This document shows, in pieces, positions 38,220-52,510 of a stretch of DNA of 64,000 nucleotides. Within the stretch, counting starts at the first letter, position 1; each line of letters starts with the position of its first letter. The position numbers were made by a program, and so were the translations under genes. Source of the stretch: Eledone cirrhosa (taxonomy: Eukaryota). The stretch covers positions 65,224,001-65,288,000 of the forward strand of contig OZ024744.1 in NCBI GenBank assembly GCA_964016885.1, read 5' to 3'. The notes under the pieces are model-generated. The model was not told the origin of the DNA, ran no database searches, and saw nothing but the letters and a program-made list of their open reading frames with translations.

Positions 38220-39740
38220 CCGATGAGGGTTTGCCTGAAGTGGTAAGTGTTTGTCTTCAGTCCTTCCAGTTTCGTCCACCATGAAAATTACCTTCCCAGC
38301 CAAAGGAAGGTGGCATGGCGATCTTCACAATGGAGTCAGCCATTAGCTGGATTTGTCATATATGTGATAATAGCTGTTTGACAAAACTCCAAAAGTCAGC
38401 AATGTATGGACACGGGATGAATGTATGCAGAATAGTATCATTGCTCTATGTCCATCTTGGACAGGTCCATCTGACAAGCTTTAACATTTCTTTGACTATA
38501 GATTTTGTCTCAAATGGACAGTGTTCCCCAGAAGCATTGCTAGCCCAAGGATTTCTGGAAATTGACCATAGTCCCCTGGACTGAAAGTCCTTCAGAACAG
38601 ACTAGTCAGTTTATTCTGGTCAATATCTAGAGTTTTACCAAGAATGTTGTTGCTCCCCCCCCCCCCCCCCACTAGTCCTCTATAGAATGCTAGCATGGAA
38701 CTGACACTGACTCTACATTGCCCAATTTTTAGTGGGCTGAGCACCTGACAATATTTTAGAGGCCAGGCACCCAGTCTTGGACTTCACTTGACCCAAGACT
38801 GCTGCTCAGTAAAAGAGACGAGTTGTGAAATGATGCATCTGACAAATGGTGATCACTCATGTTCACTGTCTAGGAACGTTTGCAAATGCCATAGCCCCAA
38901 AGGGTTTTGGCAGCAGATGGACTACCTGACCAGTACAAGAAATGTAAGAGTAAATGCTCCAATCTGTTAAGACAAGAATTGGAACAAGGCATGATGCTAT
39001 TATATATGACAGAGGTGATATATGTATTTGCCATCTCTGCCTGACTCTTTGGGGATAGTTTCTTCTTGGTTCACTTCTGTGCCACTTTGCAGATGATCAA
39101 TGCAAATTGAAAATGCACTCCCACTTGAGTTAGAAGAGAACTATTGACCTTCAGGAGAAGCAGCGTCCCTTGATTGTATTCAGCAACCGAAACAGATATG
39201 AAGTACACCAAATCCAATGCTCCTAGGGGAGGCCCTGGTTTTTCTTATTTGTGAGTGTAAACTCAACCAGATTAGATTCACTTCTGTGTGAGACTGAATA
39301 CCATGCTCATTATTGCATCTCAGTTCTTATCCACCTGGAAATCTGGACTAAAGTAGATCCTGAGTAACTTGACCAATTAGTCCTTCCAGCACACCATGAC
39401 ACAGTTACCTCTCCAGGTGTTGAACTGTAAAACCTATCAACTTATTTGGATTAATCTTGGCGCCTGTCAACATTTCATACACCTCTGAAAAGTTGCTGAC
39501 CACCTCAATTCCCAAAGTGTTTGACACCATCACTGTAACGTTATCTGTATATACTGATGTAGTCCTTCCATATCCTGGTTCAAGCAGGATATGCCCTTCA
39601 ACAGCTCCAGCTTACTAAGGTTTGACTCAAGAATCAGCACATACTGAAGGGAAGGGGAGAGGACATCCTTAACAGACCATGTGTTTGATTTGAAATGGTC
39701 CTAATAGGTAGCCATTTACTTTGACCACAGAGCAGGAACA
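38220..39740 (-). mobile_element. Old L1/Tx1-clade ORF2 (RT to C-terminus), degraded
   Basis: GCPLSP, GRTTSVYTDNVTVMVSN and GLKTNTYH align with 49690-51030. Confidence 0.78.
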
Positions 39741-39747
39741 GGGTCTT

Positions 39748-40082
39748 TAACAACAACAAAAACAGTGATAACAATGGCATGAACAATAACAACAACAACA
39801 ACAATAACAATAGCAACAAAAATAACACAACTGTCACAACAACAATAATAATAGCAATAATAACAACAACAATAATAATAGCAACAATAACAACAATAAT
39901 AGCAACAATAACAACAATAATAACAATAACAACATTGGCAACAACACAACAACAACAACAACAACACAATGTAACAACAATACACAATGCAACAGCAACA
40001 ACAACATGAGTAACAATTACAATAACAGTGATAAAACAGAACCACCACCTCAAGAACAGCAACAACCACAATAGTAACAATC
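39748..40082. repeat. (AAC/AAT)n microsatellite
   Basis: Directly visible. Confidence 0.93.
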
Positions 40083-41184
40083 TCCACAAGAAAACCCAAA
40101 AAAAGATGGTGTTTTGCTAAATCTATATTTAGAAGTGTACTTAATTCATTGAACAACTTCCTGCGGTGACTAAAAACATCAACATCTCTGCCCGTCTGTA
40201 TGTCTGTATGCTGGTCTGTCTGTCTGTCTAAACCCCCCCCGCTCTCTCTCTCTCTCTTGCTCTCTCAATGGCTTACCATATAATATACACACCATATCCT
40301 GTTTTCTTTATTCATAAAGAATCTGGCAAGGTTCTTTTTTTTTTTTCTTTGCAGGATTTGGAATTATTCTTTCACTAGTCTCATTCACTGGTCAGTGGTC
40401 ATGCTGGAGCATTGCAGTCAAGAGTTGATTTATACTATTAAAAAAAAATTTAATTGGATTGTTTGCAAATAAGAACTTGTGATGATATATTGGAAGAAGA
40501 AAAACTGAATACATGAGCCAGTGACAATAATAGTCTTATCAAGTGTGTGTGGATTATAAAAAGAAAAAGGAAAACTGCCAGCAATACCCACTGCATCAGC
40601 CTCCTCCACCTCATGTGGCCCTTTCCTTAGGCAGGATGCATACCTCACTATTTTGCAAAGGTAAACAGCAGTTGGGGGACTGAGGACATTGGAGCTCTCA
40701 ATAGCAACTGGCACGAAAACAAAAATGGCCAGTCAAGACATGGAATCTTCCCCTCCTCTGTATTATGAGCAGCAGAGCACAGGTTAATAAAAGTTCAAGG
40801 TGGGGAATGTTTCACAGCACATGGTGTTCCAGATTAGAGATTTACCTCCTTTATTAAGACATCTCTCTAGGAGAAAGTCACTCTGATATAAAACCTGTGA
40901 CTTCATCCAATGATGTAGACCAGTTCTTCTTTTTAGGTAAATGCATTTAAAGTTCAGAGAGTGGGATTGGCCCCATGCAAAGCTTTTCCTCACTTAAAAA
41001 AGTTTCAGGCACAGGCATCGCTTGAAATGTGATATTTATTGCTATATATGGTATTGCTGGCCATGGGCAAGTCCCTAGCAGGATTAAAAAGCCACGTCTG
41101 TGATGCTCATGCTTAAATATCAAGCAATGCCATTACGCGAAATTGAGTTGCAGCCATCATCATGTATGTATGTATGTATGTATT

Positions 41185-41476
41185 TGGTAAATATCATCTT
41201 GGTTAAGAGAGTGGGACTGGCTTTGTGCAGTGCCTTTGCTCACTATAAAAGCTTCACGGCACAGGCATTGCTTTATATCTGGAGATCTCTCTGCACTTGT
41301 CGTCACATGGTACCATGGCACTATGTGTCAATAATTGTCACAAGTGTAGTGTTTGTACCAGAGTTTTCAGGTCGCTGGCTGGACTAAAAAGTCACACTCG
41401 TTCAGCGCATCGGTAGGAGTTCTCCTACATGGATATAAAGTAGTGGCCGTACTCGAAAACGAGTTGGCAGCCACCA
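41185..41476 (+). mobile_element. RTE/BovB-like 3' end with a terminal C2H2 finger, followed by (ATGT)n
   Basis: HKCSVCTRVFRSLAGLKSHTRSAH*. An older similar end (LAGLKSHV.DAH) lies at ~41060-41160. Confidence 0.7.
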
Positions 41477-41554
41477 TGTATGTGCGTATGTAGGTATGTG
41501 TGTGCATGTATGTATGTGCATGTATAGTAGATAATGAGTAATTATGAGTATGCA

Positions 41555-41628
<74 letters not shown>

Positions 41629-41706
41629 ATAGTAGTAGTAGTAGTAGTAGTAGTAGTAGAGAATGTGTAACTTGGTAGGGGAGATTGTGTGGGTTAAAAA
41701 CAGTGT

Positions 41707-41741
<35 letters not shown>

Positions 41742-42075
41742 GGAGAGACCGCATGAAAGTAGAGATGTACAGTGGGGATAGTGAGAGAGATACTTTGCTT
41801 GAGAGAGACAACAGATAGAGATAAAGTAAGTGAGAAAAAGAGAGGTGTGTATGTATGTATGTATGTATATGTGTGTATATGTATGTACGTATGTATGTAT
41901 GTATGTATATGAATGTATGTATGTATGTATGTATGTATGTATGTATGTATGTATGTATGTATGTATGTATGTATGTGTGTATGTGTGTGTGTATGTATGT
42001 GTGTATGTATGTGTGTATGTATGTATGTATGTATGTATGTATGTATGTATGTATGTATGTATGTATGTATGTATG

Positions 42076-42224
42076 TTTTCTCTTTCTCTTAATTTCGAGT
42101 ATATTTTTTTGACCGGCCACCTTCCTGGTGGCAAGGTTGTAAAAGAAAAGAAATTGTCATCCCTTGAATCGCAAGAATGTTTTGCATATTTTGAAGGTGC
42201 CAGCTATCGCAGCCATTTGTAGAC
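42076..42224 (-). mobile_element. ~150-bp 3' end of an R4/Dong-like element inside (TATG)n
   Basis: Encodes LQMAAIAGTFKICKTFLRFKG*. The 3'UTR matches 15508-15600, and (TATG)n lies on both sides. Confidence 0.85.
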
Positions 42225-42252
42225 TATGTATGTATGTATGCATATATGTATG

Positions 42253-42286
<34 letters not shown>

Positions 42287-42304
42287 TGTATGTATGTATG
42301 TATG

Positions 42305-42338
<34 letters not shown>

Positions 42339-42345
42339 TGTATGC

Positions 42346-42378
<33 letters not shown>

Positions 42379-43193
42379 TGTATGTATGTATGTATGTATG
42401 TATGTATGTGTGTGTATGTGTGTGTATATGCATGTATATATTATGTGGGAGATTGTGAGAGAATGTAGGGAAGTGTATTAATTATCAAAGTTATAAATTA
42501 ACTAATGCATGTTTCTTGAAAGCGCCATACATACATACATACATACATACATACATACACACGTACGTACACACACTCATACATACATACATACATACAT
42601 ACATACATACATACATACATACATACATACATACACACGTACGTACACACACTCATACATATATACATATATACATACATACATACATATATACATAGAT
42701 ACATACACCCTCACATACATACATACATACATATATACATATATAATTAAATACACACATATACAAACATACATACATACATAATACATACATACATACA
42801 CACACATACATACATATATACACGCATGCATAATTAAATACATACATGTATACATACATACACATGTATATACATACATATATAAATGCATGCATACATA
42901 CATGAATACATACACATATATATATATATATATGTATGTATATACATTCACATATGTACATTTAAACATATACTCACAAACATATATGTGTGTGTGTATG
43001 TACTTTTATATTTGTGTGTGTATGCATGTGTTGTACGTATATGTGTGTGAGTATGTGTGTGTGTATGCGTGTGTGTATGTGTGAAGTGGAAGATGGGTAG
43101 GGGTGGCATAAGACATATCTCTATGTCCAGATGGTAAAGAAATTTGGTTGTCTGTTTTGTATCTAATATTTCAGATGATGTTTCAACATCTCT

Positions 43194-43231
43194 ACTTCTT
43201 CTTCTTCTTCTTCTTCTTCTGCTTCTTCTAC

Positions 43232-43262
<31 letters not shown>

Positions 43263-43363
43263 ACTACTTCTTCTTCTTCTTCTACTTCTTCTACTACTTC
43301 TTCTTCTTCTTCTTCTACTACATCTTCTTCTTCTTCTTCTACTTCTTCTTCTTCTTGTTCTAC

Positions 43364-43395
<32 letters not shown>

Positions 43396-43447
43396 CTTCT
43401 TCTTCTTCTACTTCTTCTTCTTCTTCTTCTTCTACTACTTCTTCTTC

Positions 43448-43479
<32 letters not shown>

Positions 43480-43516
43480 CTTCTTCTTCTTCTAATACTT
43501 CTTCTTCTTCTTCTTC

Positions 43517-43548
<32 letters not shown>

Positions 43549-43738
43549 CTTCTTCTTCTTCTTCTTCTTCTTCTTCTACTACTTCTTCTCCTTCTTCTTC
43601 TTCTTCTTCTTCTTCTACTACTTCTTCTTCTTCTTCTTCTACTACTTCTACTACATCTTCTTCTTCTTCTTTTTCTTCTTCTTCTTCTTCTTCTTCTTCT
43701 TCTTCTACTACTTCTTCTTCTTCTTCTTCTTCTTCCTC

Positions 43739-43770
<32 letters not shown>

Positions 43771-43846
43771 CTTCTTCTTCTTCTTCTTCTTCTTCTACTA
43801 CTTCTTCTTCTTCTTCTTCTACTTCTTCTTCTTCTTCTTCTTCTTC

Positions 43847-43878
<32 letters not shown>

Positions 43879-45237
43879 CTCCTTCTTCTTCTTCTTCTTC
43901 TACTTCTTCTTCTTCTTCTTCTTCTTCTACTACTTCTTCTTCTTCTTCTTCTTCTACTTCTTCTTCTTCTTCTTCTCCTTCTTCTTCTTCTTCTTCTACT
44001 TCTTCTTCTTCTTCTTCTTCTTCTACTACTTCTTCTTCTTCTTCTTCTTCTACTTCTTCTTCTTCTTCTTCTCCTTCTTCTTCTTCTTCTTCTTCTACTA
44101 CTTCTTCTTCTACTACATCTTCTTCTTCTTCTTCTTCTTCTTCTTCTTCTTCTACTACTTCTTCTTCTTCTTCTTCTTCTTCTACTTCTTCTTCTTCTTC
44201 TCCTTCTTCTTTTTCTTCTTCTTCTACTTCTTTTTCTTTTTCTTCTTCTTCTTCTTCTTCTTCTTCTTCTTCTTCTTCTTCTCCTTCTTCTTCTTCTACT
44301 ACTTCTTGTTTTTCTTCTTCTTCTCCTTCTTCTTCTTCTTCTTCTTCTTCTTCTTCTTCTTCTACTTCTTCTTTTTCTTTTTCTTCTTCTTCTTCTTCTT
44401 CTTCTTCTTCTTCTTCTTCTTCTTCTCCTTCTTCTTCTTCTACTACTTCTTCTTTTTCTTTTTCTTCTTCTTCTTCTTTTACTTCTTTTTTCTTCTTCTT
44501 CTACTACTTCTTTTTCTTCTTCTTCTTCTACTTATTCTTATTCTTCTTCTTCTTCTTCTTCTTCTTCTTCTTCTTCTTTTTCTTCTTTTACTTCTCTTTT
44601 TCTTCTTCTTCTTCTTCTTCTTCTTCTTCTTCTTCTTCTTCTTTTTCTTCTTTTACTTCTTTCTTCTTCTTCTTCTTCTTCTTCTTCTTCTTCTTCTTCT
44701 TCTACTTCTTCTTTTTCTTCTTTTACTTCTTCTTTTCCTTCTTCTTCTTCTTCTTCTTCTTCTTCTTCTTCTTCTTCTTCTTCTTTTACTTCTTCATTTT
44801 CTTCTTCTTCTTCTTCTTCTTCTTCTTCTTCTTCTTCTTCTACTACTTCTACTACTTCTTTTTGTTCCTCTTCTTCTTCTTTTTCTTCTTCTTCTTCTTC
44901 TTCTTCTTCTTCTTCTTCTTCTTCTTCTACTACTACTTCTTTTCTTCTTTTACTTCTTCTTTTCCTTCTTCTTCTTCTTCTTCTTCTTCTTCTTCTTCTT
45001 CTTCTTTTACTTCTTCATTTTCTTCTTCTTCTTCTTCTTCTTCTTCTTCTTCTTCTTCTTCTACTACTTCTACTACTTCTTTTTGTCCTTCTTCTTCTTC
45101 TTCTTTTTCTTCTTCTTCTTCTTCTTCTTCTTCTTCTTCTTCTTCTACTACTTCTTTTTCTTCTTTTACTTCTTTTTTCTTCTTCTTCTTCTTCTTCTTC
45201 TTCTTCTTCTTCTTCTTCTTCTTCTTCTTCTTCTTCT

Positions 45238-45270
<33 letters not shown>

Positions 45271-45550
45271 ACTACTTCTTCTTCTGCTTCTACTTCTTCT
45301 TCTCTTTCTTCTTTTTCTTCTTATTCATCTTCTCCTTCCCCCTTCCTCCTCCTCCTCTTCCTTCTCCCCCTCATCCTTCTCCTTCTTGTCCTTCCTGCCC
45401 TTCCCCTCCCCTCTTCTTCTTCTTCTTTTTCTTCTTCTTCTCCTTCTTACTCCTCTCCTTCCTCCTCCTCCTCCTCATCATACTCATCTTCCTTCTCCTC
45501 CCTTCCGTCTCCCTCTCCTTCTTCTCCTACTTCTTTTTCTTCTTTTTTTC
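43194..45550. repeat. ~2.35-kb (CTT)n array
   Basis: Directly visible, with CTA and TTT interruptions. Confidence 0.97.
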
Positions 45551-47621
45551 ATCATCATCACCACCATCACCATCACCACCACCACCACCATCACCACCAC
45601 CACCACCATCACCACCACCACCACCATCACCACCATCACCACCACCACCATCACCACCCTCAACATCACCACCACCACCACCATCACCACCACCACCACC
45701 ATTACCACCACCATTACCACCACCACCATCACTACCACCACCATCACCACCACCACCACCACCATCACCATCACCACCACCATCACCACCACCATTACCA
45801 CCACCACCATCACCACCACCACCACCACCACCATCACCACCACCACCACCATCACCACCACCACCATCACCACCACCACCACCACCACCACCACCACCAC
45901 CACCATCACCACCACCACCATCTCCACCACCACCATCACCACCCTCAACATCACCACCACCACCACCATCACCACCACCACCACCATCACCACCACCACC
46001 ATCACTACCACCACCATCACCACAACCACCATTACCACCACCACCATCACCACCACCACCATTACCACCACCACCACCATCACCACCACCACCACCATCA
46101 CCACCATCACCACCACCACCACCACCATCACCACCCTCATCATCACCACCACCACCATTACCACCACCATCACCACCACCATCACCACCACCACCATTAC
46201 CACCACCACCACCATCACCACCACCATCACCACCACCACCATTACCACCACCACCACCACCACCACCACCACCACCACCACCACCACCACCACCACCACC
46301 ATCACCACCACCACCACCACCACCATCACCACCACCATCACCACCACCATTACCACCATCACCACCACCACCACCACCACCACCACCACCACCACCATCA
46401 CCACCACCACCACCACCACCACCACCACCACCATCACCACCACCACCATTACCACCACCACCATCACCATAACCACCACCACCCTCATCATCACCACCAC
46501 CACCATTACCACCACCACCACCATCACCACCACCATCACCACCACCACCACCATCACCACCACCACCACCACCACCACCACCACCAACACCACCACCACC
46601 ACCACCACCACCATCACCACCACCACCATCACCACCATCACCACCATCACCACCACCACCATTACCACCACCACCATCACCACCACCACCACCACCACCA
46701 CCACCACCATCACCACCACCACCACCACCACCACCATCACCACCACCACCACCACCACCATCACCACCACCATCACCACCACCATTACCACCACCACCAC
46801 CACCACCACCACCATCACCACCACCACCACCACCACCACCACCATCACCACCACCACCACCACCACCACCACCATCACCACCACCACCATCACCACCACC
46901 ACCACCACCATCTCAACATCACCACCACCACCACCACCAACACCATCACCACCACCACCATCACCACCACCACCACCACCACCATCACCACCACCATCAC
47001 CACCATCACCACCATCACCACCACCACCATTACCACCACCACCATCACCACCACCACCACCACCACCACCACCACCACCATCATCACCACCACCACCACC
47101 ACCACCATCACCACCACCACCACCACCATCACCACCACCATCACCACCACCATTACCACCACCACCACCACCATCACCACCACCAGCACCACCACCACCA
47201 TCACCACCACCACCACCACCACCACCACCACCACCACCACCACCACCATCACCACCACCACCACCACCATCACCACTACCACCACCACCACCATCACCAT
47301 CACCACCACCACCACCACCAACACCATCACCACCACCACCATCACCACTTCCACCACCACCACCATCACCATCACCACCACCACCACCACCACCACCACC
47401 ACCATCAGCACCACCACCATTACCACCACCACCATCACCACCACCACCACCACCATCACCCTCATCATCACCACCACCACCACCACCACCACCACCATCA
47501 TCACCATCACCACCACCACCACCACCAACACCACCACCATCAGCACCACCACCACCACCACCACCACCACCACCACCATCATCACCATCACCACCACCAC
47601 CACCACCAACACCACCACCAT

Positions 47622-47652
<31 letters not shown>

Positions 47653-47817
47653 ACCACCACCACCACCACCACCACCACCACCACCACCACCAACACCACC
47701 ACCACCACCATCAGCACCACCACCATTACGACCACCACCATCACCACCACCACCATCACCCTCATCATCATCACTACCACCACCACCACCACCATCACCA
47801 CCACCATCATCATCACC

Positions 47818-47850
<33 letters not shown>
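45551..47850. repeat. ~2.3-kb (CAC/CAT)n array
   Basis: Directly visible; directly abuts the CTT array. Confidence 0.97.
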
Positions 47851-48130
47851 TCAGTGTTCTTCTTCTTCAGCTGCTGGCTGCTATTTTAAATTCCATAAGA
47901 TCTATGTCTGATAACTTATTCTGAATGAGATTCCAGGCAGTGAAATACACCCTCACCTTATTCATTTATCAAAATAAGATCTCAGTTAAAATATTCTCTA
48001 AATGTATCTCCATCATCATCATCATCATCAACATCAACATATTGTTATTATTATCATTATCATCATTATTATTATTATTGTTGTTGTTGTTTTATTATAA
48101 TTATTATTATATATACATACTTACATACAC

Positions 48131-48164
<34 letters not shown>

Positions 48165-48195
48165 ATATGTATGTATATATCCATATATATGAGTA

Positions 48196-48263
<68 letters not shown>

Positions 48264-48679
48264 CATATATATATATATATATGTGTACATACATATATAT
48301 ATATGTACATACAAAATTTAGTACAGCATCATCGAATCTCTAGTTGCAGCCAAGCTAACGAATGCAGTCGGGGTGTGCAGCTAAGCACTCAATAGGGTAT
48401 ATTACCCTAGAGTTATAACATTACGTTGAGACAGCTTTGCCAATTGAAGACAGCGACCGATAGAAGGGCCGCAGTGACCATAGTGACGAAAAATACTGAA
48501 CTCAGGATAAAATTTTTGACTAACCTGGACCATCTCGTCGACATCATACACAACACATCATATATATATATATACGTTTTTTTCTCATTTCTATGTAAGC
48601 TCTCACCTTCATGTTGTAACTTGTCTTAATAATGTTTCCTTCATCCGATGCCCTTGTGGCAAATAAAAGAAAATCCTCA

Positions 48680-48965
48680 CCATGGTGGATTGGATGTTTT
48701 GTGATATTTGGTCCAGCTCTTCACATTCTGAGTTCAAATCCAGCCAAGGTCAATTTTGCCTTTCATCTTTTTGGTGTCAGTAGAATATTGTACCAGTTAA
48801 GTAACATACTAGGGTTAATTTTTCTTCAAATTGTTGGTCTTGTGCCAAATGTAGAAATACGAGATTAACTTTGCCTTTCTTCATTACATGGTCTCTAAAA
48901 TAAAGTACCAGTAATGCACTGGGTTGGATTAAATCTTGTGCCAAATGTAGAAACAATTATTCTTA
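48680..48965 (+). mobile_element. Nin/Deu-like SINE copies (two, degraded)
   Basis: TTCTGAGTTCAAATCC..TTGCCTTTCATC..GTACCAG..CTTGTGCCAAATGTAGAAA occurs twice. Confidence 0.8.
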
Positions 48966-49004
48966 TTATTATTATATATGTGGCCAATAAATGAAATCAT
49001 TATC

Positions 49005-51406
49005 GCATTGCGGAATGGACTTTAGTGCCTACCTCGACGGACTGCCGCGGCTCTCGGCCACTGAGGCGGAGTGTTGCAAAAGGCCGATAACAACTGCTGA
49101 AGTACAGGAGGCAATGACTAGCTGCACAATGGGTAAATCGCCTGGTTTGGATGGTCTGCCCTACGAATTTTACATATGCCAGACCTATTCGAAGACCTCT
49201 TGGCAGACGTCTACTGCAACAGGCAGCAGAACAGGAGAATTCCCAGCTCTATGAGCCGAGGAGCGGTGGCACTGCTGAGAAAGGATCCGAACAAGGGGGA
49301 TAACATAGATAATTTCAGGCCCATAACTCTGCTAAACACAGACTTCAAGATTTTGGTTAAGGTGCTAGCAAAGAGGCTGGTGCTTGTCGTTGGTGGTCTG
49401 GTAGGGGAGGTGCTAACATGTGCCATTCCAGACAGATCCATCCACGACAACCTCCACCTCATGCGATACATCGTAGAGAGGGTAGCTAGGGAACCTGGCA
49501 TGGGTGGGTCTTTGATCAATTTAGATCAGTCAAAAGCTTTCAATAGGGTCGACCATCGTTATCTGGCAGCAGTCCTGAGAGCAGCTGGCTTTGGGCCTGT
49601 CTTCAGAGGCTGGATTGCTGCCATGCACAGCGACATCTGCTCTGTGGTGAGAGTGAATGGTCACCTTTCATAACCGTTCAACATCATGTGCTCAATCTGC
49701 CATGGATGTTCTCTCTCATCCTTGTTGTACGTATTGACTCTTGAGCCATTACTGCACAAACTGGAGACGTTGAGGGGGATCCCACATGAACTAGGATGCG
49801 GAAGAACAGTGTCAGCTTATGCAGATGACATCACCGTAGTGGTGTCGAACACCAAACACATAGAGCAATCGGCACTACACTAAGAGAATACGAGGTAGTG
49901 ACAGGAGCAATAATCAACCAGGAAAAATCAGTAGGCCTGCAACTCGGCACCTGTAGAGGCAGGTCCATGCTGCCCAACAGCATCGTTGGGCACTGGACAG
50001 ATGGACCGGTTAAATTGCTAGGGGTCTGGTTTGGTCCAGACCCCCAGACGGACAAAAAATGAGAGGAGATCACGAGCAAGGTGTTTTCTCTCACCCAGAA
50101 ATGGGCCGAGAGGAAACTATCCCTGAAAGGTCAAGCGGAAGTGGCGAATGCGTACATCGCGTCCGTCATCTACTACCACCTGACCGTCATGCCTTGTCCT
50201 AAGCCTCACCTGACTGCACTGGAGCATTTGCTCTTTCGCTTTTTGTGGAAGGGATGTGCTCCGATGGTCAGGCAGTCCATCTGCTGTAAACACCTGCTAT
50301 GCGGAGGGCTGGGCATGCCATGGCTGATGATGCGGAGACATGCGCTCAGGCTACGGCATCACCACCTCTTCCTCGATGTTGACCAGGTGTGGTCGCCCTT
50401 TGCTAGACACAACTTTTCCCAGCTTGTCTCCTTGGCGCAGCTGCAATCCTGGGTCAAACGAAGACCGAGAGGAAGCACTTTGGAGACTAGAATATCTTCA
50501 GGCGCTCATGGCTCTCGACCAGTCGAGCAATACAATCACTGGAAACTCCACCTTGGCTTTCTATAGAGGAACAACATTCTTGGGGAGACTCTAGGCGTCG
50601 ACGAAAACCAACTAGCCAATCTCTTCAGGAGAACTTTCGAGCCAGGGCCCATGAACAACTTCCAGAAATCCCTGGCCTCGCAGTGCTACCGAGGAGCCTT
50701 GCCAGTTCGCGATAAACTCTACAGGTATAGAAGTGCCGTCAACCGAGCCTGTCCGATATGCACACAGGTCGATGAAACCGTCCTGCACGCACTCGTCCAG
50801 TGTCCGAGCATTGCTGACTTGTGGGTTTATGTCGAACACCTGCTGTCACGTGTAGAACAGATCCAGCTATCAGCTGAGTCCATTGTGAGAATTGCCCCAC
50901 TGCCTTCCTTTAGCTGAGAAGGGCAGGCGGTTTTTATCTGCTTGGTGGCCATGGTAAAAGAGATTGTATGGTTGACACATCTGAGAGGGTTGAAGACCGG
51001 TACTTTCCTCTTCGGTGACGCCCTCATTAACTTTTTCAGGTTTCACCTGAAGAGGAAAATAAGGGTGGAGAGGGAAGTGCTGACCTCCAGCCAGTTTGTT
51101 GAAAGGTGGGTGAGAGAGGCAAAGAATGGCCCATGTGAAGGGGTCTACCCTGAGCGTGTGCCTGTAGCATTGTAGGAGGAAAACTGGAAGAGGGCATTTG
51201 CCCTAGTGGTCAGGATAACCGTAGCTTTTCTTGTGGGCTTTCTCCACGAACAACCCTCGGAGGTCTCCCCCCCCCCCTTTTTTTTTGGCATTTTTCATTG
51301 TTTCCTTTTGTCACACTCTGTTTTTGTTTTTTACACGCAGAAATGACCATTTGTATTGTCCTGTGCTGTTATACTTTGTGTCAACCCTTGTGGTTAATAA
51401 AGAAAG

Positions 51407-51425
<19 letters not shown>
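49005..51425 (+). mobile_element. 5'-truncated L1/Tx1-clade LINE: RT, zf-RVT-like CCHC, 3'UTR, AATAAA and (ATT)n tail
   Basis: GKSPGLDGLPYEFY, NFRPITLLNTDFKIL, LDQSKAFNRVDH, YADD, CPICTQVDETVLHALVQC; several frameshifts. Confidence 0.93.
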
Positions 51426-51437
<12 letters not shown>

Positions 51438-51439
51438 TA

Positions 51440-51935
51440 ACCCACCAAGGTTAATTTTGCCTTTCATCCTTACGGGGTCGATAAAATAAAGTACCAGTAA
51501 TACACTGGAATAATTGCTGGCCTTGTGCCTAAAGTAGAAACAATTATTATATAACCCTGTAAGGATGAAAGGCAACGCCGAGGTTAACTTTGCCTTTCAT
51601 CCTAACGGGATCGATAAAATAAAGTACCAGTAATACACTGGGGTTGATTTAATCGACTTTCCCCTCCCCCCAAATTGCTGCCCTTGTGCCTATATAAGAA
51701 ACCATTATTATAAGTGCAGTTGATTGGCAGTATTGGTAGAGCATTGGATAACATGCTTTGTGGCATACAGTTACTTCCCTTTACGTTCTGAGTTCAAATC
51801 CCACTGAGATTAGCCATGCCTTTCATCCTTACGGGATCGATAAAATAAAGTACCAGTAATGTACTGGGATTGATTTAATCGACTTTCTCCTCTTCCAAAA
51901 TTGTTGGCCTGTTTTTTTTATAAAGAAATCATTAT
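51440..51935 (+). mobile_element. Cluster of three Nin/Deu-like SINE copies
   Basis: Repeated GCCTTTCATCCT(T/A)ACGGG.TCGATAAAATAAAGTACCAG with ATT tails. Confidence 0.88.
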
Positions 51936-52071
51936 TATTTTTTTTTATTTTATTTTAATAGGGAGGTGAGAGTTGTACAACATAAGGTTGCACTATTTTA
52001 TATATTAAGTCTGAATGACTCATTGTCTTGTATGTGTTTGTATGTGTTTGTATGTGTTTGTATGTGTTTGC

Positions 52072-52102
<31 letters not shown>

Positions 52103-52297
52103 TGCATGTGTGTGTATGCATGTATATGTGTGTGTGTGTGTCTGTGTGCATGCATGTGTGTGCATGCATGTGTGTATTTTGCTTTTAAGCTGGGGATGTT
52201 TATGTTTTTCCCATTTTAAAGTTATAATACTTGTGTGGTCTTTTGATAAAGATGATATTAATGAACTGACTGTTCTTGAATAAAGGAGAAAGAGGGT

Positions 52298-52349
<52 letters not shown>

Positions 52350-52391
52350 GAGAGAGATATCTGGATAATTTTAAAGCCTGTGACACAAGAG

Positions 52392-52510
<119 letters not shown>

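Noticed and set aside
43144-47911. Poly-Leu/His/Thr/Pro ORFs of 1581 and 1201 aa
   Set aside because: They are stop-free trinucleotide repeats, not genes.
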